From contig JANJGN010000009.1 in the NCBI GenBank assembly GCA_026770705.1, forward strand, positions 129,828,001 through 129,892,000: DNA of 64,000 nt, given 5' to 3'. Position 1 is the first letter of the stretch. Every line of letters begins with the position of its first letter. Both the position numbers and the translations under genes were made by a program. This stretch comes from Isurus oxyrinchus. Lineage: Eukaryota. The notes beneath the pieces were generated by a model. That model searched no databases and was not told the origin of the DNA. It worked only from the letters and a program-made list of their open reading frames with translations. Below, in pieces: positions 49,851 through 62,529 of this stretch.

Positions 49851-52123
49851 TAAAACCTATTGACTAGACCTTCTTCTTTCACTAAGAGATTTTAAATTAA
49901 TTGCTGCTGCTGACCCAGGATCACTGCCAGCTTCCACCAAATGGGTCCAGGAGCAGCCGAGAGGAAAATGTACTAGGTTACCACCTTCCTGATAGCATTT
50001 ATAATCAGTGGGCCGGGACAAGCCACCAGTGATGATCCCTGTGGAAGCAAGAGGAGGAAAACTCCAGGTTAGGGAGAGGAGGCAGCAGTAGCCATCACCC
50101 CCCTACCCCCCTATTTTTCCACCATTATCCTTTCTGATTTTGGACAGAATTACAGAAACGATTCCAGCCCAAAACCTCCACTGTTACGTTTATTCAACTT
50201 TTGTCAGCTCTGAAATTAAAACCCACAATGGCCAAGGCGAATGAACTGACCCAATACAAACATCAAGCTTTTAAATTTCTGCTACGTGACAACCAATAAT
50301 TATGTTCAATGTTTTCAAATATACCTGTGCCAAGTGAAATATAAAAAGATTACAGTGTAAAGGAATAGCAATGAAGGTTCTCAGCAAGACATGTTTCTTT
50401 CCCCACATTATCATTTATAATTTTAGTGAAGGTTTGAAAAATTCCCTACTGCTGACGAGACTTACTGTGACCTTCACGCCAGTGTAGGATATCAACAACT
50501 TTCAAAGCTGCTGATGTGACTTGATACTCTTACCATGAAATCTTAAGCATTCCACAAGTCAGATCAGCAATCAGAGAGTGAGGTATAAAAGTAATGATCA
50601 AACATTTTTAATTATCTTCTTGGGTTGGGAGTTTCCAATCATACCGAGGGAAATAGGGGGTGCAAAAGATGAAAAATCAGGGAAATGGATACTTGGAGGA
50701 TCTCAAACGCTCACATAGGATGGGCGAGCTTGAACTTGATGGTGGATGGGGAATCCCAGAAGCTTCAAGACAGGGGACAGATGATATCAGACAGGGTGCG
50801 CTGAGAGTTTCAAAAATGTGCAGTTTACAGGAAAGGTGAATGATTTAGTAAACAAACATAAGTGTAGAAATTGAATCACACAGTTAGCAGGGAGAAGCAG
50901 GCATAGAAGGGTTCAATAGGTGCGGGTATCCTCCGGACACCATATTGGTTAGGACACTGTGTATGGTCATACGGAGTACCCACTGGAAATGTGCATTAGA
51001 AATCAGAATCCTAATACCTAATTCAGGCCCCATTTGGCACTGGAGTCCAAATGGCCACAGCATCCACTGAGTAAGTTATGATCAGTTTTCTCAGGTCAAT
51101 GGAAGCCAAACCAGCAATTTTTAAAGTAACAGTTGGAGACTGCTGGAAAATAAGTTTAATTTTTCATTTATTTATTTGAATGTGGAAACAGGGTCATTCC
51201 TGTTGGCTCCAATTAAAACTGCTGGCCACCATTCACCACCTACTCAACACTACCCCCCTATCCACTCCCACCTACTCCACTTTACTCTCTCAGGGCTCTA
51301 CTCTTCATCTTAGACACTTCAGTGCCAGATTTCCCAGCAGTTGAACTTTATCTTCTTGTCCTCAACAAATCAACAGTGTCCTGATGACACAAAAGGTCCA
51401 ATTTTGCACAATCTTTTCGCTCATCAGTTTTGGTACAGTAATTCATGATTGAATGCCGCAAACCAAATTCTAGGCCAATGAATCAGGGATCCCTGAATGT
51501 TTCCAATGAGAAAAGCTATCTAATTAAACAGAATTGCAGATGATCACATCACTAATTAAGCAAAGTCGAACTTTGGTCTTTGGGAGGTCAATTAAATTTC
51601 TAATTGATTGTAATTTGATAATGCAAACATTCTGTGGAAATATTTACATTCTTGTCACTTGTCCATCATTTTAATATTACAGTTATACTGTGGCTCAGAC
51701 TCAAAGCTATCATCTATAATGTGATGTCCAGGTAGTTTATGCTGTTTATACAGTTCCCCAGCACTGAAGAATCTCCAAAAATAAGTACTTTTCACCTAAG
51801 AAAATATACATTAATATCTGCCCAATGTTGTACTCATGCAAGTTGTGGCAATATCATCATCTTTGAAATAAAATGCCAAATCTGGAAGAAGAGATTAAAT
51901 CAGTGACAGGGACAAACAAGAAATATGTAGGGATAACTTAGTCCATTCGACAGGTCACTCAGGGTTTAGATCAGTTATTTCTGACTGATTCTCCAAGTTA
52001 CAAAGATATTAATCACAGTCTCACTGATCTTCACACCTCAAGAAGATCTTGTACAATGATGGAAACTATTGAACAGGTCAAGAAAACAGATCAATGGCAC
52101 AGACACAATGGGCTAAATGGCTT

Positions 52124-52221
52124 TTCTGATGAAGAGTCATATGGACTCAAAACGTTAACTTTGTCTTCCTCTCCACAGATGCTGTCAGACCTACTGAGTT
52201 TTTCCAGCTATTTTTGTTTTA
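52124..52221 (+). mobile_element. Penelope pLTR-derived short insert with hammerhead-like motif
   Basis: ctgatgaagagtcatatggactcaaaacgttaact; flanked by gggctaaatggctt / gggccaaatggctt inside a CR1 tail. Confidence 0.8.
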
Positions 52222-53229
52222 GGGCCAAATGGCTTGCTTTTGTGCTCTGTGATTCAGTTCAATTCAAGCATCTATACAATTGACAACTATTGAATGGAGT
52301 TGTGAGAAATAAAATTCTAATGCTCTTTGTTTTAATATACCTTCATAAGGTTTGTGTGATAAATCCCAGGGTGACTTTATATGCACTGTAGTCAGTCTGA
52401 GGGTAGCAGAAAGTGCTCCAGTCCCAAATATATACACTGAGAATTGTGAATCCTAAGCTGGCTCTTTATTATGGTGCAGTTATAGGCAATCAAAGCTGGA
52501 TACTTCTAAATTGCAATTTTAATAAATGTTACAGACAGGGGAGGGAGGCAAAACCATCTGTCTATAAACAGAGAGATGTTTTTGTTTAAATAGGCTGAGG
52601 TGTGTTTCCCTAAGTCGTCTATTTGTGAGGTCAATTTTTAATGTGACTCGCAGCAAACGCTCTTTAGGGTCAAATCAAAAGTATAGGGTCTCCACACATT
52701 CAAACATAGGGAATGATCTCAACTTCATACACACACAAACATGCAATAAGAAAATAAGACAGAGGAGTATTTACAACTATGAATAACTTAAAGAAAAAGC
52801 ACATATCAGTTCACTTGATTGCCAGAGTCCACAAAATTCAGAGTCCAGTGAGGGTTCCTTCACAGAGAAGCTACAGTTCAGCTAGCTGAAGCAGGATTTT
52901 GCAGAATTCTTTCAAAGTTGATGGTGATGCAACAAGAGGATGTCAGTTTAAAGAGACTTAGTCTGTTCAGCAGGCAATGGCAGGAATCTTCCAGAGAAAC
53001 AGGGTTTGAGGAGATTTGAACTTGATGCAGAGTGCTGGTCAGTCTGGAGTCCTGCTTTGATGTTTCCAGGCTGGAGTTTAAACAGCAGACTGATTTGGGA
53101 GTCTAGAAAAATATTAAAACCTTCCAAAAAAAAAAGCCCAAAAATGCTGTAAAAAATGTCCATGCAGTGCAACAAGCACCTGAAAGCAAACCTCATAAAA
53201 AAAGCAGCGCCCAGATATTTCTTTTTATT

Positions 53230-53548
53230 TTAAATCCTAACGGAGATTTTAGCCCATCCTAGGATGAGGTTTGATAAAAAAATGTAAATCTCACATGGCC
53301 AATTGGCCCGTCCGCCAAATGTAATGTTGGACGGGCCATGAAAAATCACTGACAATTGGGATGTTAATAGACTTAATTGCCCACTTGATTGTTGGCGGGC
53401 GCGCTTCTGACTTTTGTGTGCGCCCACCGAGCGAAATATCGCCCGCGTGCACGATGATGTCGACAGGCTCGCCCGACATCATCTCGCATGATTTCACACC
53501 CGTTCGGGTCGGGCACGCGCCCACCCATGGGACATAAAATTCTGGCCC
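53230..53548. mobile_element. CpG-rich Harbinger-type terminal fragment/MITE
   Basis: Ends aaaattctggccc, like the TIRs at 28738 and 45851; unusually CpG-rich. Confidence 0.65.
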
Positions 53549-53799
53549 ATGCACATTCAATCAAATTTTCTCAATTTTTACCATAGAGAAACAATAGTAT
53601 AATTTCCTGATTCATGCCTCACTGTTGCAACAAAATGGGATGAATCCAAAATTGACTTCTAAAAACCATAATGGAGACGAAACCTTGAATTGTTCTAGAG
53701 TATGATAGGATGACACTTTAAGCTTTCTCGTTTCAGCAAATGAGTCAAGGTGGATCATTACTGTTAAAATGAACTGACTTTATTAACTGAATAATTCCC

Positions 53800-54305
53800 C
53801 TCTTGTCTCCCCACAGACTGTTCACCATCTGTAAGGCACAATTCAGGGATGTGATGGAATACTCTCTGATTGCCTGGATGAGTGCAACTCTAACAACACT
53901 CAAGAAGCTTGATGCCATCCACAACAAAGCAGCCCAATTGATCGACACAACATCCACCAACTTAAATATTCACTCCCTCGTCAGCAGTGTGTACCATCTA
54001 CAAGATGCACTGCAGAAAATTGCCAAACCTGCTTCAACAGCACCTTCCAAACCCCTAGAAGGACAAGGGAAATAGATGCATAGGAACACGATCAGCTGCA
54101 AGTTCTCCTCCAAGCCACATACCATCCTGACGTGGAACGAGATTGCTCTTCCTGGAGCTCCGTCCCTAACAACATTGTAGATGTACCTGCGCCAGATAGA
54201 ATGCAGAGGTTCAAGAAGGTGATTCACCACCATATTCTCATGTGCAATTAGGTATAGGCAACAAATGCTGGCCTTGCCAGCAATGCCCTCAACCCTTAAA
54301 AATGT
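53800..54305 (+). mobile_element. LINE family 2, 3' fragment
   Basis: ICKAQFRDVMEYSLIAWMSATLTTLKKLDAIHNKAAQLI plus 3' UTR. Confidence 0.85.
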
Positions 54306-54539
54306 TAAAATAAAACTTAAACATCAAAGCTGAAATGTGAATACACACAACTTCATGATAGAGTTGTTGTCTTTTACCAAATTAAAGGGAGTTGGTAATC
54401 CTGTTTTTGGTCATCCACTTTCACGAAAAAAAAATCCTGCCAGTGTATTATTTCAGCAAAATTCTGTCCAATATCCTATCCATTTGTATAAACTACTAAT
54501 ATAGTATTTATATTTCAGTTAGATCACTCAGTTTACAAT

Positions 54540-54667
54540 AGCCAGGATTTCACAGCTCATTCCATCCGCTGGGATATTACAGTCCCACCGAACTGAATGG
54601 ATATTTAAATGGATCGACACATCCGCCGCAGGGAGACACACTGCAGCGGGGCCATAAAACCCTGGCC
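54540..54667. mobile_element. 128-bp Harbinger-type MITE
   Basis: TIRs agccaggattt / aaaccctggcc; AAT duplicated on both sides; core similar to the reverse complement of 16138-16265. Confidence 0.75.
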
Positions 54668-57633
54668 AATGACTTTTTAATGCATCTCAGCTTTTTATTC
54701 AGAGGCATTGCTTTATTAAAATAAGTTAATTCAAGGACTACTGGATTTTAATCATGAGCTTCATACTAATGTTTCTATATGAGTGGACTATAACTGATCT
54801 GTCAATACTTTAATACCTAAGATCCAGGGTACGGTAACGCTGATAGAAAACATTCTTTTAACGAATGGGAATTTTCCAATTCAGCTTAATTGTTTGTACT
54901 TTTTTTCTGAAGTGCTTTTCTCATCATCTGTTCTTCACCTGAAATTAATGAAAGGTTTGCAACTCAAACATTCACATTAGCCTGCAATTTTTCAAGCATG
55001 TCTGCTTCAGAAACTTCTAAGTCATACTTATTAGCTCCTAACAGTTATTATGCTGTTACCATTAGTGTCTAGATGGTGCATTCATTTAGTTAATCTCCAG
55101 TGGTTTCCATTGTCTGTTGCTCAGTTTGCACTGACTGTCTCTCTCGGCCTGCAGACTTGGGCCATTTTAAAAATAATAAGGTCAATTTTAATTAGGTACA
55201 GTGCTATTAAATGGCCTGGGGCAATGCCCTCAGCTAGTTGACATAATGCAAGTTTATTTTTATATACAAGATATTGAATGCTGACTGAAATACGTGACAA
55301 AAAACTTAACAACAGGTTTGTGGTCAGGAACCGGATATCAGCACATTATTTAAGCAGACACACTGCCGATTTGCACACAGTAAGTTGCCACAAACAACAA
55401 TGAGGAAGGTTACGGTGTCATCTGTTTTGGTGGTGTTGGTTGAAGGATAGTTGTTGCCTATGATATCAGGAGAACTCAGTATCCAAGACATGTATAAAGT
55501 TCATATTAATAAACCTGTAAATCATACATGGTTAATTCCTTTTTGATGACACCCAGAGGTTTCCAATATTTAGCACAACCCTTCTATTTAAAAGGTGCAA
55601 GGTTCTTGCTCATAATTAATTTTTAGGTCTGAGTATCCCTTTCTCCAAACTCATCTTTTCTTCAACTCTATTTTTTGAATAAAAGTTGCACTTAAAGACA
55701 CAGCAGGATAATTAGATACTGGAGAAAAAGTCAGTGTGTGGTGGTGAGGAGGAGTTAAAAAGGACCATGCATAGAAAGCACATCTCTAAAACTGCTGTCC
55801 CCCATAGTGCTGACAGATAGATAAGAAACAAAAGACTCATATTATTTCTAATAGTATTTTTCATTACTTTTATTGCTCAGATTACAGAGCAAAGGCCTAA
55901 AGGCCTACTTCAACAAAGGACAGTGGGCAGAGCCTTCCATTCTAGGGTAGAAGTTCGGCAACAGGATTGGAAGTGAGCATCACTTTCGCTGGTGAAGGGT
56001 ATGGCTTTCCTCATGCAATGACATGGGACACAAATGCTAATTAGATATGCATGCATGAGGAGTGTGACGAATCTTGCAATGGGGCAGGTTTGAAGTTGAC
56101 ATCCTTGATGTTACACATCGAAGGTCCGGGCGCCATCTTTAAAGGGCACCTGGACAGGTATTCATTCCCTGCAAGCCAGGAGCTTCGCTGGACGTCGGTC
56201 ATGTTGACTCTGCAGCTCTGTGTACCATCTCTTCACCTGCCTCCCCTTGTTTATTTTCACCTGCTGATACCCTCTCTTAACCTGTCCTGGAGAGTACCCC
56301 ACGGTTTAGCGATGCATCACTGCAGGTCTTCCTGCAGGCCATCCGGTAAAGGCAGGAGGTCCTGTTTCCCAGGGATGGCAGCAGGAGTCCCCTCCAGTCT
56401 GACCACAGCAGTCTGGACAGAGATTGCAGTGCATGTCAGTGGCTGTGGACACATAGTAGAAGCTGGTTGCAGTGCAGGAAGAGGATGAGTGATCTGCTAC
56501 ATGCCTCAAGGATAATTGGCATTTAGTGTACACCACAAACTGGCATTCATAAGGGCAGCAAGCAATGTAGATGCATGAGTGCAGAAGGACGCCAGACAAG
56601 ATTTAGGGTTATGGACCTCAACATCAGATGTGAAAAACGGACTGAACGTGAGAGCCATTCCATACTCTGCAAGGTCTCCAGGGCTGTGTGAGTGTGTGTG
56701 TGTGTGCACACTTACTAGGGTGGGCACAGGAAGACACATGACATTGGCATGTATGCTCATATACCAATTATGAACCCTTTGGGATAACACCCAATCCTTC
56801 TGTCTGCAGGAGAAAAGAGCTCACAATTGGTGTGAGCGAGAGGAGACTAGAAGAGAGGCCCCTGACCTCAGCCTCCTCACTCTGGCTGAGGAAAAGGCTG
56901 CAGAACTGGTGGGGGAGTACTGACTACGCACACACAGGATTAATGCATGAAACTTAGATAAGCAAAAGAATTGTGCTTTCCCATGGGCTAATTTGTTGTG
57001 TTCTCTTCTGAAACCCACTGCAGGTTCCAGAACCAAGACCAAAAAAAAGAGGCACAGACAGCCTATCCCTCCATTCCACCACCACCGTCACCTCTACCAC
57101 CGTCTCTGAGGATGACTATGTCAAATCCTTAGAGGGTACACCATTTCCGCATTCCCCTGCACCCTCCAGCAGCCCAGAGACATTTACCTTCGTGCTTCAC
57201 ATTCTACATCAGGCTCGGGATCACATCCTGGTGAGCACATCACTGACACATGTCCGCAGCTGCAGAAGGATGTGACGGTCGAAGTCTCTGACACTTGGCG
57301 GCCTTTTAGAGACCAGGCCCACCCTGAGCCCCATGCAGATGCCGAGCCTTTGGATTTAGCCAGATGGAGGTGCAGAGACTGACAGTAGAACATCAGGCAG
57401 AGATGCCAGAGGCCATGCACAGACTGGGCCAAAGACTGGAGGAGCCCATCCATGTCCTATCTACTGTCATGGCTTTGGAATGCAAGTGCTTGGCTTCCTC
57501 CATGAAGAGGATAGCAACTGGCATGGAGGGCCTGGACCAGCAGAATACTCAGTGGTTGCTGGGTATGCACTCAGACCTGCACCAGGCACGGGTGCAGTAC
57601 CGCAATAGCTAGGTGAGAGGGGGACAAGGCACC

Positions 57634-58292
57634 CCAAGAAGGCAAATGGTATGTTGGCCTTTATTGTGATAGGACTTGAGTACAAGATCAAGGGTGTCGT
57701 CCTGCAGCTGTATGGGTCCTTGGTGAAACCACGCCTGGAGAATTGTGTACCATTTTGTTCTCCTTACCTAAGAAAGGATATATTGTCCTTAGAGAGAGAG
57801 CAGCAAAGGTTCACCAGGCTGATTCCTGGGATGCAGCATTGTCATATGAGAACAGATTGGGTCAACTAGGCCTGTATTCACTGGCATTTAGAAGAATGAG
57901 AGGGGATCTCATTGAAACATATAAAATTCTGACAGGGCTGGCCAGACTGGATGCAGGAATGATTTTTCCCCTGACTGGGTGGGCTAGAACAAAGGGTCAC
58001 AATCTCAGGATAGAGGGTAAGCTATTTAGTACTGAGATGAGGAGAAACTTCTTCACTCAGAGGGTATTGAATCTGTGGAATTCTCTACCACAGAGGACGG
58101 TGGAGGCCAAGTCACTGAATATACTTAAGAAGGAAATAGATAGAATTTTAGAATCTAAAGGCAACAAAGGGTATGGGGAGAGAGTGGGAGTATGGCGTTA
58201 AGATAGAGGATCAGCCATGATCATATTGAATGACTGAGCAAGCTCGAAATGCCAAATGACATACTCCTGCTCCCATGATCTGTTTTTCCATG
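57634..58292 (+). mobile_element. CR1 LINE 3' fragment nested in element E
   Basis: KANGMLAFI, LGLYSLAFRRMRGDLIETYKIL and RNFFTQRVLNLWNSLP. Confidence 0.92.
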
Positions 58293-58694
58293 TTTGCACC
58301 TCAATCTCCCTCCAGGTGCCCCTCTTCCTCAAAGAGTCAGGGAGGTGTCATCTTGCTCCAACAGGGAGGAGGAGCAATAGCAAGGCACCCCGGGGTTTCA
58401 TCCCAGGACATTCCAAAGGTGCACTGCCTTTCAGCCTCCCTTATGCCAGTGACCCCATTGCCTCCAGCAAATCAGGCCAAGGAGGGTATATCTGCATGTG
58501 CATGGGCGACCCTCAGCAGGCCGGAGCCCTCTAAGCCTTGTACCACTAGAGGTTGACTACCAATGCCATCTCAGGAAGGGGACATAGCTGTCAGCAGGCT
58601 GCATCCACATCAGCTGTGGATGTCGGGGCTGCACCTTGACATGATAGATAAAGGAAGATTATAAGGGTACAAAGTTGGTAAAGGTGCCTAATTG

Positions 58695-58695
<1 letters not shown>

Positions 58696-58728
<33 letters not shown>
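58696..58728. repeat. (TA)n microsatellite
   Basis: Direct tandem repeat in the sequence. Confidence 0.9.
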
Positions 58729-58732
<4 letters not shown>

Positions 58733-59039
58733 CTCACTTCTAAATATATGTTTAATTTCACAAGGCCATATGAATGCTACATTGAAAGCCACATGCACTG
58801 TTAATTTGGCAGGGGTACACTCATGTCTCACTGACACATTCCTCAAATGGGGGCAATGCCTTGCAAAAAAACTCTATCATGCAGACACCAGCAAGACATG
58901 CAATGACTCAGTTGTGGACACTGCTCAGACAGCAGTCTCAGAGGGATGGTAATTAGGTGACCATTACCTGATGGCTTGCCAGATGCATTCCAAGGTCACA
59001 ACCTTACAAATTATGACAAAGTTTCAATCCTACACATGA

Positions 59040-59250
59040 CCCTCCACTTCTCTCTCTCTCTCTCTCCGCCGCCGCCCCCCCCGCCCCCCCCCCCCCCCGC
59101 CCCCCCCACCCCCACCACACACCTTAAACCAGCTTATATTTCAACTCTTTCTTGGACTCGAACTCAAGTTCTGTCGAAGGGTCATGAGGACTCAAAACGT
59201 CAACTCTTCTCCGCCGATGCTGCCAGACCTGCTGAGTTTTTCCAGGTAAT
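59040..59250 (+). mobile_element. Penelope pLTR fragment with hammerhead-like motif
   Basis: ttaaaccagcttatatttca...agttctgtcgaagggtcatgaggactcaaaacgtcaact; matches the reverse complement of 17705-17830. Confidence 0.8.
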
Positions 59251-59422
59251 GCTGCACCATTGCCCTGGTTTCTGCCACTGTATCTGCAACATCCACTCCC
59301 TCATCAGCAGCAGCATCTGCCCCTTCCTCCTCATCAGGAGGCATCTGGCTCCTCTATCTTGCTGGACCGAAATCCCTTCCAAACTGGGAAACATATGGAA
59401 CATAATTTCAAATCCATGGACA

Positions 59423-60411
59423 TGTTTTGATCTGATGATTGGAACTATAAATTTCAAAAAGCTAAGCTGCAGTCAGCAGTACAGGGCTGGACAGTAACAG
59501 TTAATTTAGACATTTAGTAAAAACACAATGACTCATCAAAAGCATTTGGATATTGACTAACGTGATCAGGAAGCCTGATTACCCACACTACAGTGGCACA
59601 AAGGACATATCAGCAATCTAATCCACTCAAGGAATTATTCAACCACCACAGACAATAGCACTGGAATAGGGTCATTCAAACCCTCATTAACTTTGGAGCC
59701 AAGTGCTGTTACTGTTCTGTTACTGTGCCACCTCAAACAGCAGGAGAACTGCTCATACAATGAGAACTGATAATATTCATCTGAATACATCTTCCATGGA
59801 AAACCCTGTATTATTTCAACCAGCAGGAGCTGATGAAATGCATCTGGACTTTGCTTGGAATCAACTAAATGGACATTGGAACAACAGGAAATATGTTTTG
59901 ACATGTCTGAGTTAAATTATTATAAAAGAAGAGCAGGTCTGAATATCTGGGCTGCAGTCGGAAGAAGGGTCGAGTTTGGTCACCTTGACTCAGGCCCACA
60001 GTCAACACCGGACAGACCAGTCATGTTGGGGGTTGTAAGTTTCAGCCAAATTGTAGTGATACTGGTCTGAGGGTTTTGCAAATGTTTGGGGCAAAAACTT
60101 AATGTTTTTTGCCAATACCTTGCAGCTCGTTTCAGCCATATATTGGTGATATTGCTCTGAGGGTTTTCTTTCTTAAAGTTTCAGGACAAGACACGGTGTT
60201 TTGCTTGTGTTATTGTAAGTTTTAACCGAGTTGTGGTGCCTTTGTGTTGGACACTGGGAATAGGTATTTTTTAATTTGGGGTTTTATACTGTGGGGTTGT
60301 GGGTGATTCAATAAAGCAACTGTGAATTATCAGAAGGAACTTGTCTCACTAGTCATTCTGTTCATGCCATATACTTGTGAGTCTGGTGTCATGAACGTGA
60401 GGATAAAAACA
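59423..60411 (+). mobile_element. Probable solo LTR
   Basis: TG...CA ends with imperfect inverted repeat tgttttgatct / ggataaaaaca; TATAAAA at 59921 and AATAAA at 60310; no clear TSD. Confidence 0.5.
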
Positions 60412-62529
60412 GTGGCTACTCACTCCAACTCCAGCAAGGTGATTCTATTGCCTGCTGCACACCACCTATAGGCAGTTGTAAATCTGAAAGCACCTATTCA
60501 CTTGAGAATAACTTAATTGCGAAGGGGGGGCAACTTAATTCTGGCGAGATTGCTTTTTAGTGAGCATGCACAACATGCAAATGCATGCAAAAGAAGTTCC
60601 TGCCACTTGTCAGCTCGAAGCACAATCTGCCTTCAAATTTCCATGAGCTTAATAGCTTCCATCATCGGGAAGCTGGTTTTTGGCCTCCCACTCAATTACA
60701 TTTCCCCCAGTCACTTTCCTTCCTCTCCCGGGAGCAGCACAAGATTCTGCTCAGTTTGTGCTCTCATGAAGCTTATTTTTCTCACAGGCATTGTGAACCT
60801 GACGTTGGGACCATTTGCTGGTAGCGAGTCTGTCCTTCTCAACAGCACACACACAAAGCACGTTTGTGAGAGGTGACCTACTAATTGACGTCTAATTAAG
60901 GACAGCGGGTAGAAGGTATGGCCAGACGGCAGGCCCATTGGAAGCAGTGTGTGCCTTCCAAGTAGAGGTGCCTCAAAATAGAACTGCTGACAAAAGAGTG
61001 CAGACCCCATGTTTAAAATAAAGGCTCTGAACTGTCAGAGTTGTTCCCCTCTACAAGAAAGCATTTGGCTACAAATGTACCGCGTTCAGCTTTAGGAATC
61101 ACTGGTAATGGCATGTACATCAGCCTATGATTGTCCTCCAACATCCCACATGAAGCCATCTTTGAAGCATTGCAGGGCTCCAAACATAGTGGGGGGAACC
61201 ATGAGACACACCCTGCAAACTTCCTTCCCTCTCCCAAAATAGCCACTCCTTGAGGCCTCATGTGTCTAGGTTGTCTGTCCGCTCCCAGTGAGTGTGTTAT
61301 TGGTTCCAGTGACGGCCTGCCCCTGGGAAATGGTCCTGGAGATGGGGCCATATAGGGGAGTCATCCTGATGAAGTCTTCCATACTTTTTGCAACCTCCTG
61401 CCTCTAAGACCACTTTTAACAAGCAACAAAACTCCCCCTGTTGTGCTGACTTATATGATTCCCCACTACATTTTACTGCAAAATATATAACATTTTGTCA
61501 TTTGGGACTTGTCTACTTTGAAAAGGCAGGGCTATTAAAGTTTAACAGACTGGAACCTGGAAAGTGCCTGAGAAATATTATTTATTTTATAACCCTGCTG
61601 CTAGAATCAACAATCAGTTAGAAAGAGCCACTGTTCCGAGCTGGCCGCATTTAATTAACATCTAGCCACTTCTTTCGATTATCTGTTCCTTCATTCTCAA
61701 CTGTCACCTCAATAAAATAACCTTCATACATTAACCTCCAAACCAACTCCCCCACCCCCTCTCCCCAGACCCCCTGCAACAGCAACCATCCCTTGGTGCA
61801 TTAGTGTTTAATATACTAATATACTTATAGCTACTGTTCTAATATTGGAACAATTGGCATTAGAAGCAGAAACACCATTAAAATGTTTCTATAAACTGGA
61901 AAACATTTTAGAATAAATTGATGTCGAAGGAAGAAACATTCTGATTAAATAGCAACACACAGCATATACCAAGCACTGAAGAAAATTATTTCAAAATAAC
62001 CTTCATGCAGTCACCTCCAATCTCCTTAAAATGTTTAACTCAGTGCAAGTAAGGACAATTAATAATTTCTAACCCCATTTTGAAAAATGAAACTATTTGT
62101 TCAAAGTTGATTTTCAAAATCCAGAACTCTTTTGATCAGAATTTTTAGACAGGACTGGGAATTTTTTTTTTAAAAATTGAACTTGGTGATACCAAGGTCC
62201 ATGATATGGAACACAGAGATTAAAAACAGAAAAGAAAATGAGATATAGATACTGAAATGAAGAGGCCTATTAACTGCAGAAAGAAGGGAAGACAAGACAA
62301 TGTGTTCCATATTTTTGAGTTTCCAGGAATAATGCTTATAGTGGAGAAATTAAGGAAGTAAGGATACAGAGATGAAGAAGAAAACAAAAGATGCCTTATT
62401 TGGAGCCATTTTGTTTTCTGATTTGTTTGTTTTGATTATGTGTACACTTTTGCTACCTGTGGTAGGTATATTCTGGCATACACCATGCTTTTCTCATACA
62501 GTTGTTGAGATCTGGTTCTCATACAGTCA

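Larger units (their letters stand above)
55925..60752 (+). mobile_element. Harbinger-type element E with ORF1 remnants and nested inserts
   Basis: PRFSDASLQVFLQAIR*RQEVLFP..SWLQCRKRMSDLL; acceptor tgtctgcag|GAGAAAAGAGCTCACAAT; putative TIRs gggcagagcctt / aagattctgctc flanked by AGT on both sides (right end tentative). Confidence 0.6.
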
